Of a DNA stretch of 64,000 bases, positions 47,613 to 58,868 are shown in pieces (positions within the stretch are counted from its first letter, which is position 1; each line of letters begins with the position of its first letter). The translations under genes were made by a program, and so were the position numbers. The stretch covers positions 192,001 through 256,000 of the forward strand of contig OY764159.1 in the NCBI GenBank assembly GCA_963668175.1. Reading direction: 5' to 3'. The notes beneath the pieces are model-generated. The model did not search any database. It was given only the letters and a program-made list of their open reading frames with translations, and was not told the origin of the DNA. The stretch is from Syntrophales bacterium. GTDB taxonomy: Bacteria; Desulfobacterota; Syntrophia; Syntrophales; PHBD01.

Positions 47613-48578
47613 TTGGGATATAAAGCCGGCGTAAAAAGGAGACCAGCTATCAAGACCATAAAAATAGGGACACGGGGCAGCGCCCTGGCCCTCACCCAAA
47701 CCAACCTGGTGGCAGATATGATCCGCGGAAAGTGCCCCGGGGCGAATATTGAGATACATGTCATCAAGACCAAAGGGGACATCATGCAGGACGTCTCCCT
47801 CGTCCGAATCGGGGGGAAAGGCGTCTTTGTGAAAGAAATCGAGGATGCGCTTCTTAAAAGTGAAATCGATCTGGCCGTCCACAGTATGAAGGATGTGCCG
47901 GCCGAGATACCGGAGGGACTGCAAATCTCAGGAACACCAAAGCGCGAAGACCCCAGGGATGTCCTCGTTTCCCGCAATAACTGCAAATTGGAGAAAATGG
48001 CGCGCCATGCCCGTATCGGAACAGGCTCGCTGCGACGGGCGATCCAGGTACGGGAGATCCTGCCCGATGTCGAGATCGTCCCGATCCGCGGCAACTTGGA
48101 CACGCGCATCAAAAAAATAGAAGCGGCCGAATATGACGGCGTCATTGTCGCCGCAGCAGGCATCCGGCGCATGGGATGGATGGAACGGGTAGCACAGTTT
48201 CTACCCACCGAAGTGATGCTTCCCGCCGCCGGACAGGGTATCCTGGCGATGGAACAGCGTTGCGATGACCAGGCGGTGAGCGAAATCGTCGCTTTGCTCA
48301 ACCACGAGGATACGTGGATCGAAGCATCGGCGGAGAGGGCGTTTTTGAAAAGACTGGGCGGCGGGTGCCAGTTGCCGATCGCCGCCTTCGCCAAGAAAAC
48401 GGGCAATACGATAACGGCCCGCGGTCTTCTGGGAAGCATGGACGGCAAGATCATCATCCGGGAGGAAATCCGCGGCTTCGCGGAAGACGCCGGGATCATC
48501 GGCACCAATCTCGCCGAAGCGATCCTGGCCAGGGGCGGGCAGGCCGTTCTCGAAGCCTTTTACAGGCAATGCCAGTGA
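47613..48578 (+). CDS. hemC: Hydroxymethylbilane synthase
   Basis: IGTRGSALAL, GKGVFVKE, VHSMKD, RGNLDTR and GGCQLP motifs; start uncertain. Confidence 0.96.
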   Translation: MGYKAGVKRRPAIKTIKIGTRGSALALTQTNLVADMIRGKCPGANIEIHVIKTKGDIMQDVSLVRIGGKGVFVKEIEDALLKSEIDLAVHSMKDVPAEIPEGLQISGTPKREDPRDVLVSRNNCKLEKMARHARIGTGSLRRAIQVREILPDVEIVPIRGNLDTRIKKIEAAEYDGVIVAAAGIRRMGWMERVAQFLPTEVMLPAAGQGILAMEQRCDDQAVSEIVALLNHEDTWIEASAERAFLKRLGGGCQLPIAAFAKKTGNTITARGLLGSMDGKIIIREEIRGFAEDAGIIGTNLAEAILARGGQAVLEAFYRQCQ

Positions 48579-48673
48579 ATCGGCCCCGTCGCGACAGAAA
48601 GTCCGGTCGCGTCTTGTCAGGAACTTGGTGAGTGCATATATTAATTTACAGTGCATAGCGTTAAGAGGTTGTA

Positions 48674-50188
48674 ATGGCGGATATGGGCTTTGTCTACATC
48701 GTTGGGGCGGGACCGGGCGATCCGGGTTTGATCACGGTCAAGGGGCTGGAGTCCGTCAAAAAGGCCGACGTGATCATCTACGACCACCTCGTAAGCGAGG
48801 AACTGCTCCGCCATGCCAAGGCCACCATCCGTTTTATCTATGCAGGGAAACAGGGAGGGGACCATACGCTTTCCCAGGACGAGATCAACCGCTGTCTCGT
48901 CGAAGAGGCCAGGAAAGGCCATATCGTGACGCGCCTCAAGGGCGGCGATCCCTTCGTCTTCGGTCGGGGCGGGGAGGAAGCCGAAGTTCTCGCCAGGGAA
49001 GGCATTCCCTATACCGTTATTCCCGGCGTCAGTTCCGCCGTGTCGGTGCCTGCGTATGCGGGGATACCGCTGACGCACCGCGGTATGACCTCGACGCTGG
49101 CCTTCGTCACGGGCCATGAAGATCCAACAAAAGACAAGAGCGATATCGACTGGAAGGCCCTGGCGGGGATCGGGACGCTTGTTTTCCTGATGGGCGTCAA
49201 GAACCTCTCCCGGATCGTCGACCAACTGACGAACAACGGTAAATCCCCGGAGACGCCCGTCGCCCTTATCCGCTGGGGCACGACGGCGGACCAGCAGACC
49301 GTCACCGGAACGTTGCAGGACATCGTCCGGATAGCGCAGGAAAGAAATTTCTCCCCGCCGTCCATTTTTGTCGTGGGCAACGTTGTCGCATTGCGGCCCG
49401 TTCTGAACTGGTTCGAGTCGAGACCGCTTTTCGGTAAAGGCGTGGTCATCACCAGGCCGGAGGCACAGGCCCAATCCTTTGCAGAGCTTCTCCGCGAACA
49501 TGGGGCCCGGGCTATTCATTTCCCGACAATCCGCATCGTCCCGCCCGAAAGCTGGGAACCGATGGATAAAGCCATCGACTGTCTGCCCGAGTACCAGTGG
49601 TTGATCTTTACAAGTGCCAACGGCGTGCGCTTTTTCATGCAGCGCTTAAAAGAACGAGGTCGAGACATCCGGGACATCAAGGGCGTCAAGCTCTGCACCA
49701 TCGGGCCGGCGACGGCCCAGGCCCTGGAAGAGATGGGGCTGCGTGTAGACCTCGTGCCCGAATCGTTTATCTCCGAAGGCGTCGTAAAGGCCTTTGCCGA
49801 GCAAGATATGAAAGGCAGCCGTGTTCTTCTGCCCAGGGCGGAAGAAGCCCGGGATGTGATCCCGGAAGGGCTGGCCGGTTTCGGCGCCCGCGTCGACGTC
49901 GTCACGGCCTATCGCACCGTCGGATCGGGCAGGAACAGCAGGGAGCTTACAGCCCTGATCGATGACGGCAAGGTGGATGTCGTTACTTTCACGAGCCCTT
50001 CGACGGTCAGCCATTTTATGGAAATCATGGGCCCGAAGAAGCTGCCCGACGGAATCAGGATAGCCGCCATCGGGCCCGTGACGGCAGCCGCCGTAAGGAA
50101 AGCAGGGCTTAACGTCGATATACTCCAGGAAACATATACGATACCGGGGCTGGTCGAGGCCATGGCCGATTACTACAAGAAGGCTTAG
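48674..50188 (+). CDS. cobA: Uroporphyrinogen-III C-methyltransferase / synthase fusion (CobA-HemD)
   Basis: VGAGPGDPGL and RLKGGDPFVFGRG, followed by a HemD domain with FTSANGV, IGPAT and FTSPST. Confidence 0.95.
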   Translation: MADMGFVYIVGAGPGDPGLITVKGLESVKKADVIIYDHLVSEELLRHAKATIRFIYAGKQGGDHTLSQDEINRCLVEEARKGHIVTRLKGGDPFVFGRGGEEAEVLAREGIPYTVIPGVSSAVSVPAYAGIPLTHRGMTSTLAFVTGHEDPTKDKSDIDWKALAGIGTLVFLMGVKNLSRIVDQLTNNGKSPETPVALIRWGTTADQQTVTGTLQDIVRIAQERNFSPPSIFVVGNVVALRPVLNWFESRPLFGKGVVITRPEAQAQSFAELLREHGARAIHFPTIRIVPPESWEPMDKAIDCLPEYQWLIFTSANGVRFFMQRLKERGRDIRDIKGVKLCTIGPATAQALEEMGLRVDLVPESFISEGVVKAFAEQDMKGSRVLLPRAEEARDVIPEGLAGFGARVDVVTAYRTVGSGRNSRELTALIDDGKVDVVTFTSPSTVSHFMEIMGPKKLPDGIRIAAIGPVTAAAVRKAGLNVDILQETYTIPGLVEAMADYYKKA

Positions 50189-50226
50189 GGTAAAACCGGC
50201 CCGGATACCGGATAGAGGCATAACCC

Positions 50227-51408
50227 ATGATCGGAATTTCAAAATTATATTGCGGGGCAGTGGAAGCCGCCGACGTCCTCCGGTACAACCGGGAATCGGG
50301 CAAGCTGCCGTCCCATCTGCTTCAGTTTTCCGCCGACAAGCGGCCTGTCGTCGTCTGGAACATGACGAGACGCTGCAACCTGAAATGCATCCACTGCTAC
50401 TCGAGTTCGCAGAACATCCAATACGCCGACGAACTGACCACGGCGGAGGGCAAGGCGCTCATTGCGGATCTGGCGGATTTCGGCGCTCCTGTCATCCTGT
50501 TTTCCGGGGGCGAACCCCTGATCCGGGAGGACCTGCCGGAGTTGGCCCGCTTTGCCGTTGAGCGGGGGCTTCGCGCCGTTATCTCGACCAACGGCACCCT
50601 CCTCACGGAAGAGAAAGCAAAAATCTTCAAAGACATAGGCCTGTCTTACATCGGCATCAGTCTCGACGGTATCGAGAGCACCCACGACCGTTTCCGGGGA
50701 ATCCGGGGGGCCTTCAAGGCCACCATGAAGGGCATCCGGATGTGCCGCGATGCCGGAATCAAGGTCGGCGTCCGCTTCACGATCAACCGCCATAACGTTG
50801 CCGACGTACCGGCCGTCTTCGATCTCCTGGAAAAGGAAGAGATACCCCGCTGCTGTTTTTACCATCTCGTCTATTCGGGCCGCGGTTCGAGTCTGATCGG
50901 CGAAGATATATCGCACGGGGAAACAAGGGACCTGATCGACCTGATCATGACCAGAACGAAAGACTTCTTCGACCGCGGCATCGCCAAAGAGATACTCACC
51001 GTCGATAACCATGCCGACGGCCCTTATGTCTACCTCCGCCTGCTCCGGGAAGACCCCCGACGGGCCGCAGAAGTGTTGGAACTTCTGAAGATGAACGAGG
51101 GAAACAGCTCCGGCAACGGCATCGGCTGCGTCAGCTGGGACGGCGAAGTCCATCCGGACCAATTCTGGCGGGGACTTTCATTGGGCAACGTCCGCAAGCG
51201 TCCCTTCAGTAAGATATGGACGGACATGTCCCACCCGGTCCTGGCGAAATTAAAAGACAAAAAGCCCCATGTCCACGGACGCTGCGCAGCTTGCCGATGG
51301 CTTTCCGTCTGCGGAGGCAATTTCAGGGCCCGCGCGGAAGCCGTGACGGGTGACATCTGGGCGGCCGATCCGGCCTGCTATCTGAGCGATCAGGAAATCA
51401 CCGCTTAA
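50227..51408 (+). CDS. ahbC: 12,18-didecarboxysiroheme deacetylase (radical SAM)
   Basis: [10 protein letters not shown]...[26 protein letters not shown] and a SPASM domain; heme cluster context. Confidence 0.9.
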   Translation: MIGISKLYCGAVEAADVLRYNRESGKLPSHLLQFSADKRPVVVWNMTRRCNLKCIHCYSSSQNIQYADELTTAEGKALIADLADFGAPVILFSGGEPLIREDLPELARFAVERGLRAVISTNGTLLTEEKAKIFKDIGLSYIGISLDGIESTHDRFRGIRGAFKATMKGIRMCRDAGIKVGVRFTINRHNVADVPAVFDLLEKEEIPRCCFYHLVYSGRGSSLIGEDISHGETRDLIDLIMTRTKDFFDRGIAKEILTVDNHADGPYVYLRLLREDPRRAAEVLELLKMNEGNSSGNGIGCVSWDGEVHPDQFWRGLSLGNVRKRPFSKIWTDMSHPVLAKLKDKKPHVHGRCAACRWLSVCGGNFRARAEAVTGDIWAADPACYLSDQEITA

Positions 51409-51445
51409 TCCATCAGGAAACATTATACAACAAAAGGAGATCACT

Positions 51446-52426
51446 ATGTATTTTCCCGACTACCGACCGAGACGCATGAGAAGCAACGATAACTTCCGGA
51501 GAATGGTGAGGGAAACGAAACTATCCGTCGACGATTTCATTTATCCCCTCTTCGCCGTTCCGGGCAAAGGGGTCAAGAAGCCTATCGGCGCCATGCCGGG
51601 CAACTTCCAGATGTCCGTCGATCATATCGTCAAGGAAGCCCAAAAGGCCAAGGAACGAGGTATCCCGGGCGTTCTTCTCTTCGGTATTCCCGACAAAAAG
51701 GACGAGGTGGCCTCCGGTGCCTTCGCGAAAGACGGTATTATCCAGAGAGCCGTGAAAGAGATCAAGAACCATATCCCCGACATCCTGGTGATCACCGACG
51801 TCTGTCTCTGCGAATATACAAGCCACGGCCACTGCGGTATGCTCGAAGGGAACGATGTGGACAACGACAGCACCCTGGAAGTCCTCGCGGAAACAGCCGT
51901 CTCTCACGCCAAGGCCGGGGCGGATATGGTTGCCCCCTCCGCCATGATGGACGGACAGATCGGAGCGCTCCGCGAAGGGCTCGACGAAGCCGGATTTGAT
52001 CATGTTCCGATCATGGCCTATTCGGCCAAGTATGCTTCGTGCTTCTACGGCCCTTTCCGGGAAGCCGCGGAAAGCGCACCCCAGTTCGGGGACCGCAAGA
52101 CCTACCAGATGGACCCGGCCAACAGCGACGAAGCCATACGGGAGATAACCCTGGATGTGGAGGAAGGGGCCGATGTTATCATGGTCAAACCCGCCTTACC
52201 CTACCTCGACATCATCCGGCGCGCCCGGGAGGAATTCGATCTGCCCCTGGCGGCCTATAATGTCAGCGGCGAGTTCTCCATGATCAAGGCAGCGGCCAAT
52301 ATGGGATGGCTAGACGGCGAGCGGGCCATGATGGAGTCCCTGACGGCCATCAAACGGGCCGGGGCGGACATTATCATTACCTATTTCGCCCTCGACGCGG
52401 CGGAATTTCTGAGCCATGGCCGATAA
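51446..52426 (+). CDS. hemB: Porphobilinogen synthase
   Basis: [30 protein letters not shown] and MVKPA motifs. Confidence 0.97.
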   Translation: MYFPDYRPRRMRSNDNFRRMVRETKLSVDDFIYPLFAVPGKGVKKPIGAMPGNFQMSVDHIVKEAQKAKERGIPGVLLFGIPDKKDEVASGAFAKDGIIQRAVKEIKNHIPDILVITDVCLCEYTSHGHCGMLEGNDVDNDSTLEVLAETAVSHAKAGADMVAPSAMMDGQIGALREGLDEAGFDHVPIMAYSAKYASCFYGPFREAAESAPQFGDRKTYQMDPANSDEAIREITLDVEEGADVIMVKPALPYLDIIRRAREEFDLPLAAYNVSGEFSMIKAAANMGWLDGERAMMESLTAIKRAGADIIITYFALDAAEFLSHGR

Positions 52427-53486
52427 GCACCGACATTCCTCCGTGCTGCCCGATACCCTGCGGATGGTGGCCTGGGAGACGACGCGGAGCTGCAATCTGG
52501 CCTGCGTCCACTGCCGGGCATCTTCCCTGTGCGGACCGTATGAAGGCGAACTTTCAGAGAGCCGCTCGCTGCAGCTTCTGGACGAGATAGCCGCGGTCGG
52601 CAAACCTGTTGTTATCCTGACCGGAGGCGAGCCGCTTCTGAGGAAAGATATCTTCAATCTCGCCGCTTACGGCGACGGGCTGGGGCTCCGCATGGTCCTG
52701 GCAACGAACGGCACGCTGGTCACAAACGACGTGGCCCGCCGGATGATCGACTCGGGCGTCAAACGGGTAAGCGTCAGCATCGACGGCATGGATGCCGCAA
52801 GCCACGACGCCTTTCGCGGACAACCGGGGGCTTTCACCGGCGCCATGGCCGGGATCGAAGCCATGAAAAAAGCGGGGATGGAGTTCCAGATCAATACGAC
52901 GATTACGCGGACAAATCTTGGCCAGGTCAAAGAGCTTCTCGACCTGGCCGTCCGGCTCGGTGCAGCAGCGCACCACATCTTTCTCCTCGTTCCGACCGGC
53001 CGCGGGAAGGACCTCGCCGATTGGGAGATCGGCCCCATCGACTACGAAGAGACCCTCGAATGGTTCTTTGAGGCAGGGCTCAGTTGCCCGATCCAGACCA
53101 AGGTCACCTGCGCACCGCACTATCACCGAATCTATCATCAGAGAAAAAAAGAGCGGGGAGCGGCGAAAGCGGAGGCCGGACCGCTGCATGCCATGACGCG
53201 GGGCTGCCTGGGGGGCAGCGCATTCTGTTTCATCTCCCACACCGGCCAGGTGCAGCCCTGCGGCTACCTGGAGATCGACTGCGGACAGGTGAAGGAGACG
53301 CCCTTCGGACAGATATGGAAGGAATCGGAGGTTTTCACCGACCTCCGTCATCTGGATCGATATCGGGGAAAGTGCGGCCGGTGCGAATTTATCACGGTAT
53401 GCGGCGGGTGCCGGGCCAGGGCATACGAAAAGACCGGCGATTATCTGGCGGAGGAACCGCTGTGCATCTATGAACCACACCGGTAG
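52416..53486 (+). CDS. ahbD: AdoMet-dependent heme b synthase (radical SAM)
   Basis: [36 protein letters not shown] and TRGCLGG motifs. Confidence 0.9.
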   Translation: MADKHRHSSVLPDTLRMVAWETTRSCNLACVHCRASSLCGPYEGELSESRSLQLLDEIAAVGKPVVILTGGEPLLRKDIFNLAAYGDGLGLRMVLATNGTLVTNDVARRMIDSGVKRVSVSIDGMDAASHDAFRGQPGAFTGAMAGIEAMKKAGMEFQINTTITRTNLGQVKELLDLAVRLGAAAHHIFLLVPTGRGKDLADWEIGPIDYEETLEWFFEAGLSCPIQTKVTCAPHYHRIYHQRKKERGAAKAEAGPLHAMTRGCLGGSAFCFISHTGQVQPCGYLEIDCGQVKETPFGQIWKESEVFTDLRHLDRYRGKCGRCEFITVCGGCRARAYEKTGDYLAEEPLCIYEPHR

Positions 53487-53574
53487 CAAGCGAACCCGGC
53501 GGTATTGCCGCTCACCGGTGCGCTCACGTAAATCGTCCGTCTCAAAGCAGACGGATTCAAAAACAGGAGAAACG

Positions 53575-54021
53575 ATGGACGACTTCGACAAGACCATTCT
53601 GAATTTGATCCAGGCCGGTTTCCCCCTGGTCCCCCGTCCGTTCGGGGTGATCGGGGAACATGTCGGACTCGGCGAAGACGAGGTCCTCGAGCGCATGCGG
53701 CATATGAAGCATTCGGGCCTAATCCGCAGGATAGGTGCCGTTTTCGACCCCAAGAAATTGGGATTCGCGAGCACCCTCTGCTGTGCAAGCGTGCCTAAGG
53801 AAAAGCTCGGCGACTTCGTGGCGACGGTCAATGCCTTCCCCGGTGTTACGCATAATTACCGGCGGAACCACACTTATAACGTCTGGTTCACCCTCATCGC
53901 CCCCGCGGAAGCCGCCCTGGAAAGAACGCTTACGGAAATCAAGGACAAGACAGGCATCACCGATATCCTCCCCATGAAATCCACAAAAACCTATAAAATC
54001 AATGCCCTGTTCGAAGTCTGA
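53575..54021 (+). CDS. ahbA: Siroheme decarboxylase subunit (Lrp/AsnC-like)
   Basis: FPLVPRPF, IRRIGAVFD..KLGFASTLC and VTHNYRR...YNVWFT motifs; AGGAG RBS. Confidence 0.88.
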   Translation: MDDFDKTILNLIQAGFPLVPRPFGVIGEHVGLGEDEVLERMRHMKHSGLIRRIGAVFDPKKLGFASTLCCASVPKEKLGDFVATVNAFPGVTHNYRRNHTYNVWFTLIAPAEAALERTLTEIKDKTGITDILPMKSTKTYKINALFEV

Positions 54022-54340
54022 TACCCGATAAGCCAGAGAAGGCAGCCCCTTGTTCTCCCTCGCAACCTGAAGCTTACCGAAACGGCAAATCCATACGGCG
54101 GATTGCAGGTATAAACTGCCCCGAAAGCGGAAAATCGGCGCAATCGCCGTACAGTTGACAAGCAATCATATAGTCATTCTCACGGCTTGTACTTCTTTTT
54201 ATCATTGACAGCGGTCCCGTTTTTCCCTATGTTATAAATGAAGGTTCTTTTCACTCTTGATCGAACTGCGAGGCAGTAGGCATCGTTCCAGTTATTACCC
54301 TATCGGCCGATATGACCCCAGCATGGCAAAGGAGGACGCG

Positions 54341-54829
54341 ATGACGGGAGTAAAAAGCGGCGATACGATCCTAGTGCACTACAAAGGGTCTCTGGAGGAC
54401 GGGACGGTATTCGATGCATCGATCAATTTCAAGCCGGTTGAATGCACGATCGGCAACGGCGATGTCATACCCGGTTTCGAAGAGGCTGTCATCGGCATGA
54501 ACGTGGGCGACAGGAAGACGGTTCACATACCCTGTGACCAGGCTTACGGACCATACGATGAGGAGAAGGTCGAAGTCGTTCCCAGAGACGCCATCCCCGA
54601 GCATGTCAATCCCGCATTAGGCCAGGAATATCAAGTCAGCCACGTTAAGGGCGAGTACGAGGATTTTATCGTCCGGGTGACAAGCGTAGACGCCGAGCAT
54701 ATCGTGTTCGACGCCAATCATCCCCTGGCGGGCAAAGATGTAGTATTTGAAATCGACCTGGTTGCCATCCTGAAACAGAGCCGGGGATGGATTACCGATA
54801 TCCCTCAGTGGTCTGTTTACGCCCCTTGA
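54341..54829 (+). CDS. FKBP-type peptidyl-prolyl isomerase (SlyD/SlpA-like)
   Basis: HYKGSLEDGTVFD, VIPGFEEA, AYG and DANHPLAGK motifs. Confidence 0.92.
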   Translation: MTGVKSGDTILVHYKGSLEDGTVFDASINFKPVECTIGNGDVIPGFEEAVIGMNVGDRKTVHIPCDQAYGPYDEEKVEVVPRDAIPEHVNPALGQEYQVSHVKGEYEDFIVRVTSVDAEHIVFDANHPLAGKDVVFEIDLVAILKQSRGWITDIPQWSVYAP

Positions 54830-54830
54830 C

Positions 54831-55634
54831 TCAGGGACCGAGCGGTAACGCCCGTTCGATCGAGAACTCCCGGGCGGCCTTGTCGAATCGAGGAGCCCTC
54901 GGGAGAGGTGTGGGCTGGAGCCATCTGTCTTTTTCGCCTTCGTAGAACCATTTATCGACAAAGCCCCGGCGCCGGATAAAGGATGGATTCTTGACCCATT
55001 GGCTCAACTCCTCGTAAGCCTGTTGTACCATCCGGAAGGTGGCATTGTCGCCGCCGACATCGGGATGGAATCTTTTAGCCTGCCGACGATAGGCGTTTTT
55101 GATGACCTGATCCAGTTCCGGGGCGTTGAGATCGAGCCGGTCCAGGCACAGCCGGGAAAGGGTCCGTTCCTTGATCGTCGGCTTCGTGATCTGCTGGGGT
55201 CTTATGATTTTAGACGATATCCTGTTCCGGTCCGCCTGCTCGAAGATGTGCATCGAAGCCATGTAATGCTTGTTGGTCTTCTTTTTCACAGACCACCAAC
55301 TGTCTCCGAGGACGTCCGCCATGCTGGAAAAATCGTCTGCGGGCTGTTTGCCGGCAGAACGGGGATAGCGAAAGCTGTAAACATCCTTGGACGCGTAGGG
55401 CAGCATGTCCATGATGATCATGTGGTCGCTGAAGAAGAATGTCGCATACCGGATGTTGAGCGCCCGCAGGAGACCGGTCCGGAGGTTGAGCTTGTACCGC
55501 AGCCTCTGGCGGCATTCAATGGAACAGTATCTGCGTCTGCCCATATTTTCCGTCGTACCGCACGACAGGCACCGCGGCCGGCCGGCATCCCTTGCGGACG
55601 AACAGGATAAGATAATACCGTTTTCAATTCTCAT
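54831..55634 (-). CDS. J-domain protein with N-terminal Cys-rich (Zn) motif
   Basis: CLSC...YCSIEC; C-terminal AYRRQAKRFHPDVGG...F..VQQAYE; start uncertain. Confidence 0.8.
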   Translation of the reverse strand: MRIENGIILSCSSARDAGRPRCLSCGTTENMGRRRYCSIECRQRLRYKLNLRTGLLRALNIRYATFFFSDHMIIMDMLPYASKDVYSFRYPRSAGKQPADDFSSMADVLGDSWWSVKKKTNKHYMASMHIFEQADRNRISSKIIRPQQITKPTIKERTLSRLCLDRLDLNAPELDQVIKNAYRRQAKRFHPDVGGDNATFRMVQQAYEELSQWVKNPSFIRRRGFVDKWFYEGEKDRWLQPTPLPRAPRFDKAAREFSIERALPLGP

Positions 55635-55821
55635 AGCGGGCCATAATATCAGGATTCGACACCGTTGTGAAGGTGTTTTGCAGAAGGATATATCATCCTG
55701 CCGATATCCATCCTCCTCACAATCCTCATGACATATCCGGCGTCTTTGGTGTATGATGGAGAGGATTATCGCAATCCGACAGTGTCGCATACATCACATT
55801 TCATTGAATGGATCGAATGAT

Positions 55822-58503
55822 ATGGAAATCATGAAGGAAAAGGACCGTCTCTTTCTTGTGGACGGCAGCAACTATCTCTACCGTGCCTACTATGCCATCC
55901 GCGACCTGTCCAATTCCAAGGGGTTCCCGACCAACGCCATTTACGGTTTCACAACCATGTTGATGAAATTGCTCAAGGATTGGAAGCCGGAACATATGGT
56001 CGTCGTCTTCGATCTCAAAGGACCGACCGAGCGCCACGAAGCCTACGATCTTTACAAGGCGAACCGCAAGGCCACACCCGACACCCTGGTTCCCCAGATT
56101 CCCTACGTGAAGGACGTCGTCCGCGCCCTCTCCATACCGGTGATCGAAATGCAGGGCATCGAGGCCGACGATATTATCGGCACCCTGGCCGTGAGGTACG
56201 CGTCGCTGGGCAAGAAAGTCGTCATCGTATCCGGCGACAAGGACCTGATGCAGCTCGTATCCGATAATGTCATTATGATGGATACGATGAAAGAGAAGAC
56301 ATACGATGCGGCGGCCGTCAAAGAACGTTTCGGTGTCAGTCCCGAACAGGTTCCGGAAATACTCGGTCTCATGGGCGACAGCTCCGACAACATCCCCGGC
56401 GTACCGGGCATCGGGGCCAAGGGGGCCATGGCCCTCGTCGAAGAATTCGGCTCGATTGAAGCACTGATAGAAAACGCCGAGAAGATCAAGAATGCCAAGG
56501 CCAAGAAAGCCATCAAAGAATTTGCCGAGCAGGCGCGGATGAGCCGCGACCTGGCCCGGATACGAACCGATATACCCGTCGACTTCGACCTCGAAACATC
56601 GCGGCAAGGGGAACCCGACACGGATGCCCTCATCGCCCTTTTCCGGGAATTCGAATTCTCGTCTCTCCTGCAGGACCTGAAGATGAAAGATCCGGCAACC
56701 AAGATGTTGTCGCAGACCATTATCGCCGGGGAAGACTTTCAATCCCTGCTTCGGAAACTTAAAACGGCCTCGGAATTTACCATCGATGCCGTCCTCAGCG
56801 ACCCGGAACCCATGAAGGCGCAAATAGTCGGCCTGACTGTTTCGCTTGAGCCCGGAGAGGTCTTTTATATCCCGTTAGGCCACGATTACGCCGGGATGCC
56901 CGATCAACTCGGAATCGGTTTCGTTCTCGAAGGCCTGATGCCGTACTTGCGGGACGGATTTGTCCGTAAACACGGCCATGACTTGAAAGCGCTCATGATC
57001 GCCCTGGCGGCCCGTAACGTTCCCATGCACGGTATTGGCTGCGACACCATGATCGCCGCTTATATTCTCAATCCGTCCCGGCACGGTTTCGCCCTCGAAG
57101 ACGCTGCCATGGAACACTTGAATCTGCGGATCGCGACGGCGAAAGACTTGGCCGGAACGGGTGCCCGTGCCATCCCCTTTTCCTTCGTAACGATCGACAG
57201 AATTCGCGAATACGCGTCCGGACGCGCCGAGGCCATCTCCAGAATGGTCCCGCTCCTCACCGAACGCATCGACAAAGAGGGTTCTACCTATCTCTTCCAT
57301 GAAGTGGAGATTCCCCTCCTGTCGATCCTGGCCGACATGGAGAGATACGGCGTTCTTCTGGACCTCGACATTCTGAAATCCATGTCCGACGAGCTTCGGG
57401 AACTCCTGACATTATCCGAGGAAAAGATCTATCGACTGGCGGGCGAGCGTTTCAACATCAATTCTCCCAAGCAACTACAAACGATCCTCTTCGACAAGAT
57501 CGGCCTCCCCAAAGGCCGCAAGACCAAAGAGGGATATTCGACGGACGGCGAAGTCCTGGCCATGCTCGCCAAGAGTCATGAGTTGCCGGGGGAAATCCTG
57601 GCGTACAGGAGCCTGGCTAAACTCAAATCCACTTACATCGATGCCCTGCCGATGCTCGTCAATAAAAATACGGGGCGCATCCATACCTCCTACAACCAGA
57701 CGGTCACGGCGACGGGCCGACTTTCCAGCAGCAATCCGAATCTCCAGAATATTCCCATTAGAACGCTGGAGGGCAAGAGGATTCGCCAGGCCTTTATAGC
57801 CCCGGCCGGTAAGCGGCTGCTTTCCGCCGATTACTCGCAGATCGAGCTTCGCGTTCTGGCCCATCTCTCGGGAGACCCGGCGCTCACGGAAGCATTCAGC
57901 TCCGGCGAAGACATACATAACAGAACGGCATCCGACATCTTCGGCGTCTTTCCCGAAATGGTCAACGCCGAAATGCGCCGTCAGGCCAAAGTCATTAATT
58001 TCGGGATTCTTTATGGGATGAGCGCCTTCGGCCTGGCGAAGGAACTCGGGTTGAATCAAAAGATGGCACAAATCTATATCGACGGATATTTCAGGAAATA
58101 CCACGGCGTAAAGGTTTACCTGGACGGCATCCTGGCCAATGCCGTCAAGAAAGGGTACGTCACGACCCTCCTCAACAGGCGACGCTACCTCCCGGATCTG
58201 ACGAGCAGCAATGCCGTGGTCCGTCAGTTCGCCGAACGAACGGCCATCAACACCCCGATCCAGGGAACGGCCGCCGACCTGATCAAAATGGCCATGATCC
58301 GCATCCACCGCCAGCTTGCCGAAAGGAAGCTGTCCGCCGCCATGATCCTGCAGGTCCACGACGAACTGGTCTTCGAGGTCCCGGAAGAGGAACTGGAGAC
58401 GGTTACGGAGCTGGTGAGAAAAGAGATGGAGGAGGTCATCAAGCTCAAGGTTCCCCTGAGGGTGGACATCGCCAGCGGCCGGAACTGGGATGAAGCCCAC
58501 TAG
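55822..58503 (+). CDS. polA: DNA polymerase I
   Basis: LVDGS..YRAY, EADDII, TGRLSS.NPNLQNIP, DYSQIELR and QVHDEL motifs. Confidence 0.98.
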   Translation: MEIMKEKDRLFLVDGSNYLYRAYYAIRDLSNSKGFPTNAIYGFTTMLMKLLKDWKPEHMVVVFDLKGPTERHEAYDLYKANRKATPDTLVPQIPYVKDVVRALSIPVIEMQGIEADDIIGTLAVRYASLGKKVVIVSGDKDLMQLVSDNVIMMDTMKEKTYDAAAVKERFGVSPEQVPEILGLMGDSSDNIPGVPGIGAKGAMALVEEFGSIEALIENAEKIKNAKAKKAIKEFAEQARMSRDLARIRTDIPVDFDLETSRQGEPDTDALIALFREFEFSSLLQDLKMKDPATKMLSQTIIAGEDFQSLLRKLKTASEFTIDAVLSDPEPMKAQIVGLTVSLEPGEVFYIPLGHDYAGMPDQLGIGFVLEGLMPYLRDGFVRKHGHDLKALMIALAARNVPMHGIGCDTMIAAYILNPSRHGFALEDAAMEHLNLRIATAKDLAGTGARAIPFSFVTIDRIREYASGRAEAISRMVPLLTERIDKEGSTYLFHEVEIPLLSILADMERYGVLLDLDILKSMSDELRELLTLSEEKIYRLAGERFNINSPKQLQTILFDKIGLPKGRKTKEGYSTDGEVLAMLAKSHELPGEILAYRSLAKLKSTYIDALPMLVNKNTGRIHTSYNQTVTATGRLSSSNPNLQNIPIRTLEGKRIRQAFIAPAGKRLLSADYSQIELRVLAHLSGDPALTEAFSSGEDIHNRTASDIFGVFPEMVNAEMRRQAKVINFGILYGMSAFGLAKELGLNQKMAQIYIDGYFRKYHGVKVYLDGILANAVKKGYVTTLLNRRRYLPDLTSSNAVVRQFAERTAINTPIQGTAADLIKMAMIRIHRQLAERKLSAAMILQVHDELVFEVPEEELETVTELVRKEMEEVIKLKVPLRVDIASGRNWDEAH

Positions 58504-58541
58504 AAAAAGGGGCACGACCCTTTGGATCGTGCCCCTTCGTT
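58504..58541. terminator. Bidirectional terminator between polA and the BCCP gene
   Basis: AAGGGGCACGA...TCGTGCCCCTT, preceded by an A-run. Confidence 0.75.
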
Positions 58542-58567
58542 GTCTACTGATAAGACGCCTAACCGGA

Positions 58568-58783
58568 CTATTCCAGAACAATCAGGACCTGGTTCGTGTC
58601 GACCTTATCCTTTTCGTTGACTTTGATTTCCGCCACCTTACCGCTGGACGTCGCCAGGATGGGGTTTTCCATCTTCATGGCTTCCAGAATGATCAATTCT
58701 TCATCAGCGGACACCTGATCGCCTACGCTGACCAGGATCTCTGCAATGGTCCCCGGCATGGGGGCTACAATGTTAACACTCAT
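58568..58783 (-). CDS. Stand-alone biotin carboxyl carrier protein
   Basis: APMPG and EAMKMEN motifs. Confidence 0.93.
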   Translation of the reverse strand: MSVNIVAPMPGTIAEILVSVGDQVSADEELIILEAMKMENPILATSSGKVAEIKVNEKDKVDTNQVLIVLE

Positions 58784-58868
58784 TTGATAATCCTCCTTAG
58801 TCTATTCGTTTTATGTCCCCTGGGGAGACATTTCAAGGGTGTTTCCCCAGGGGATCATTGTGTCATGC

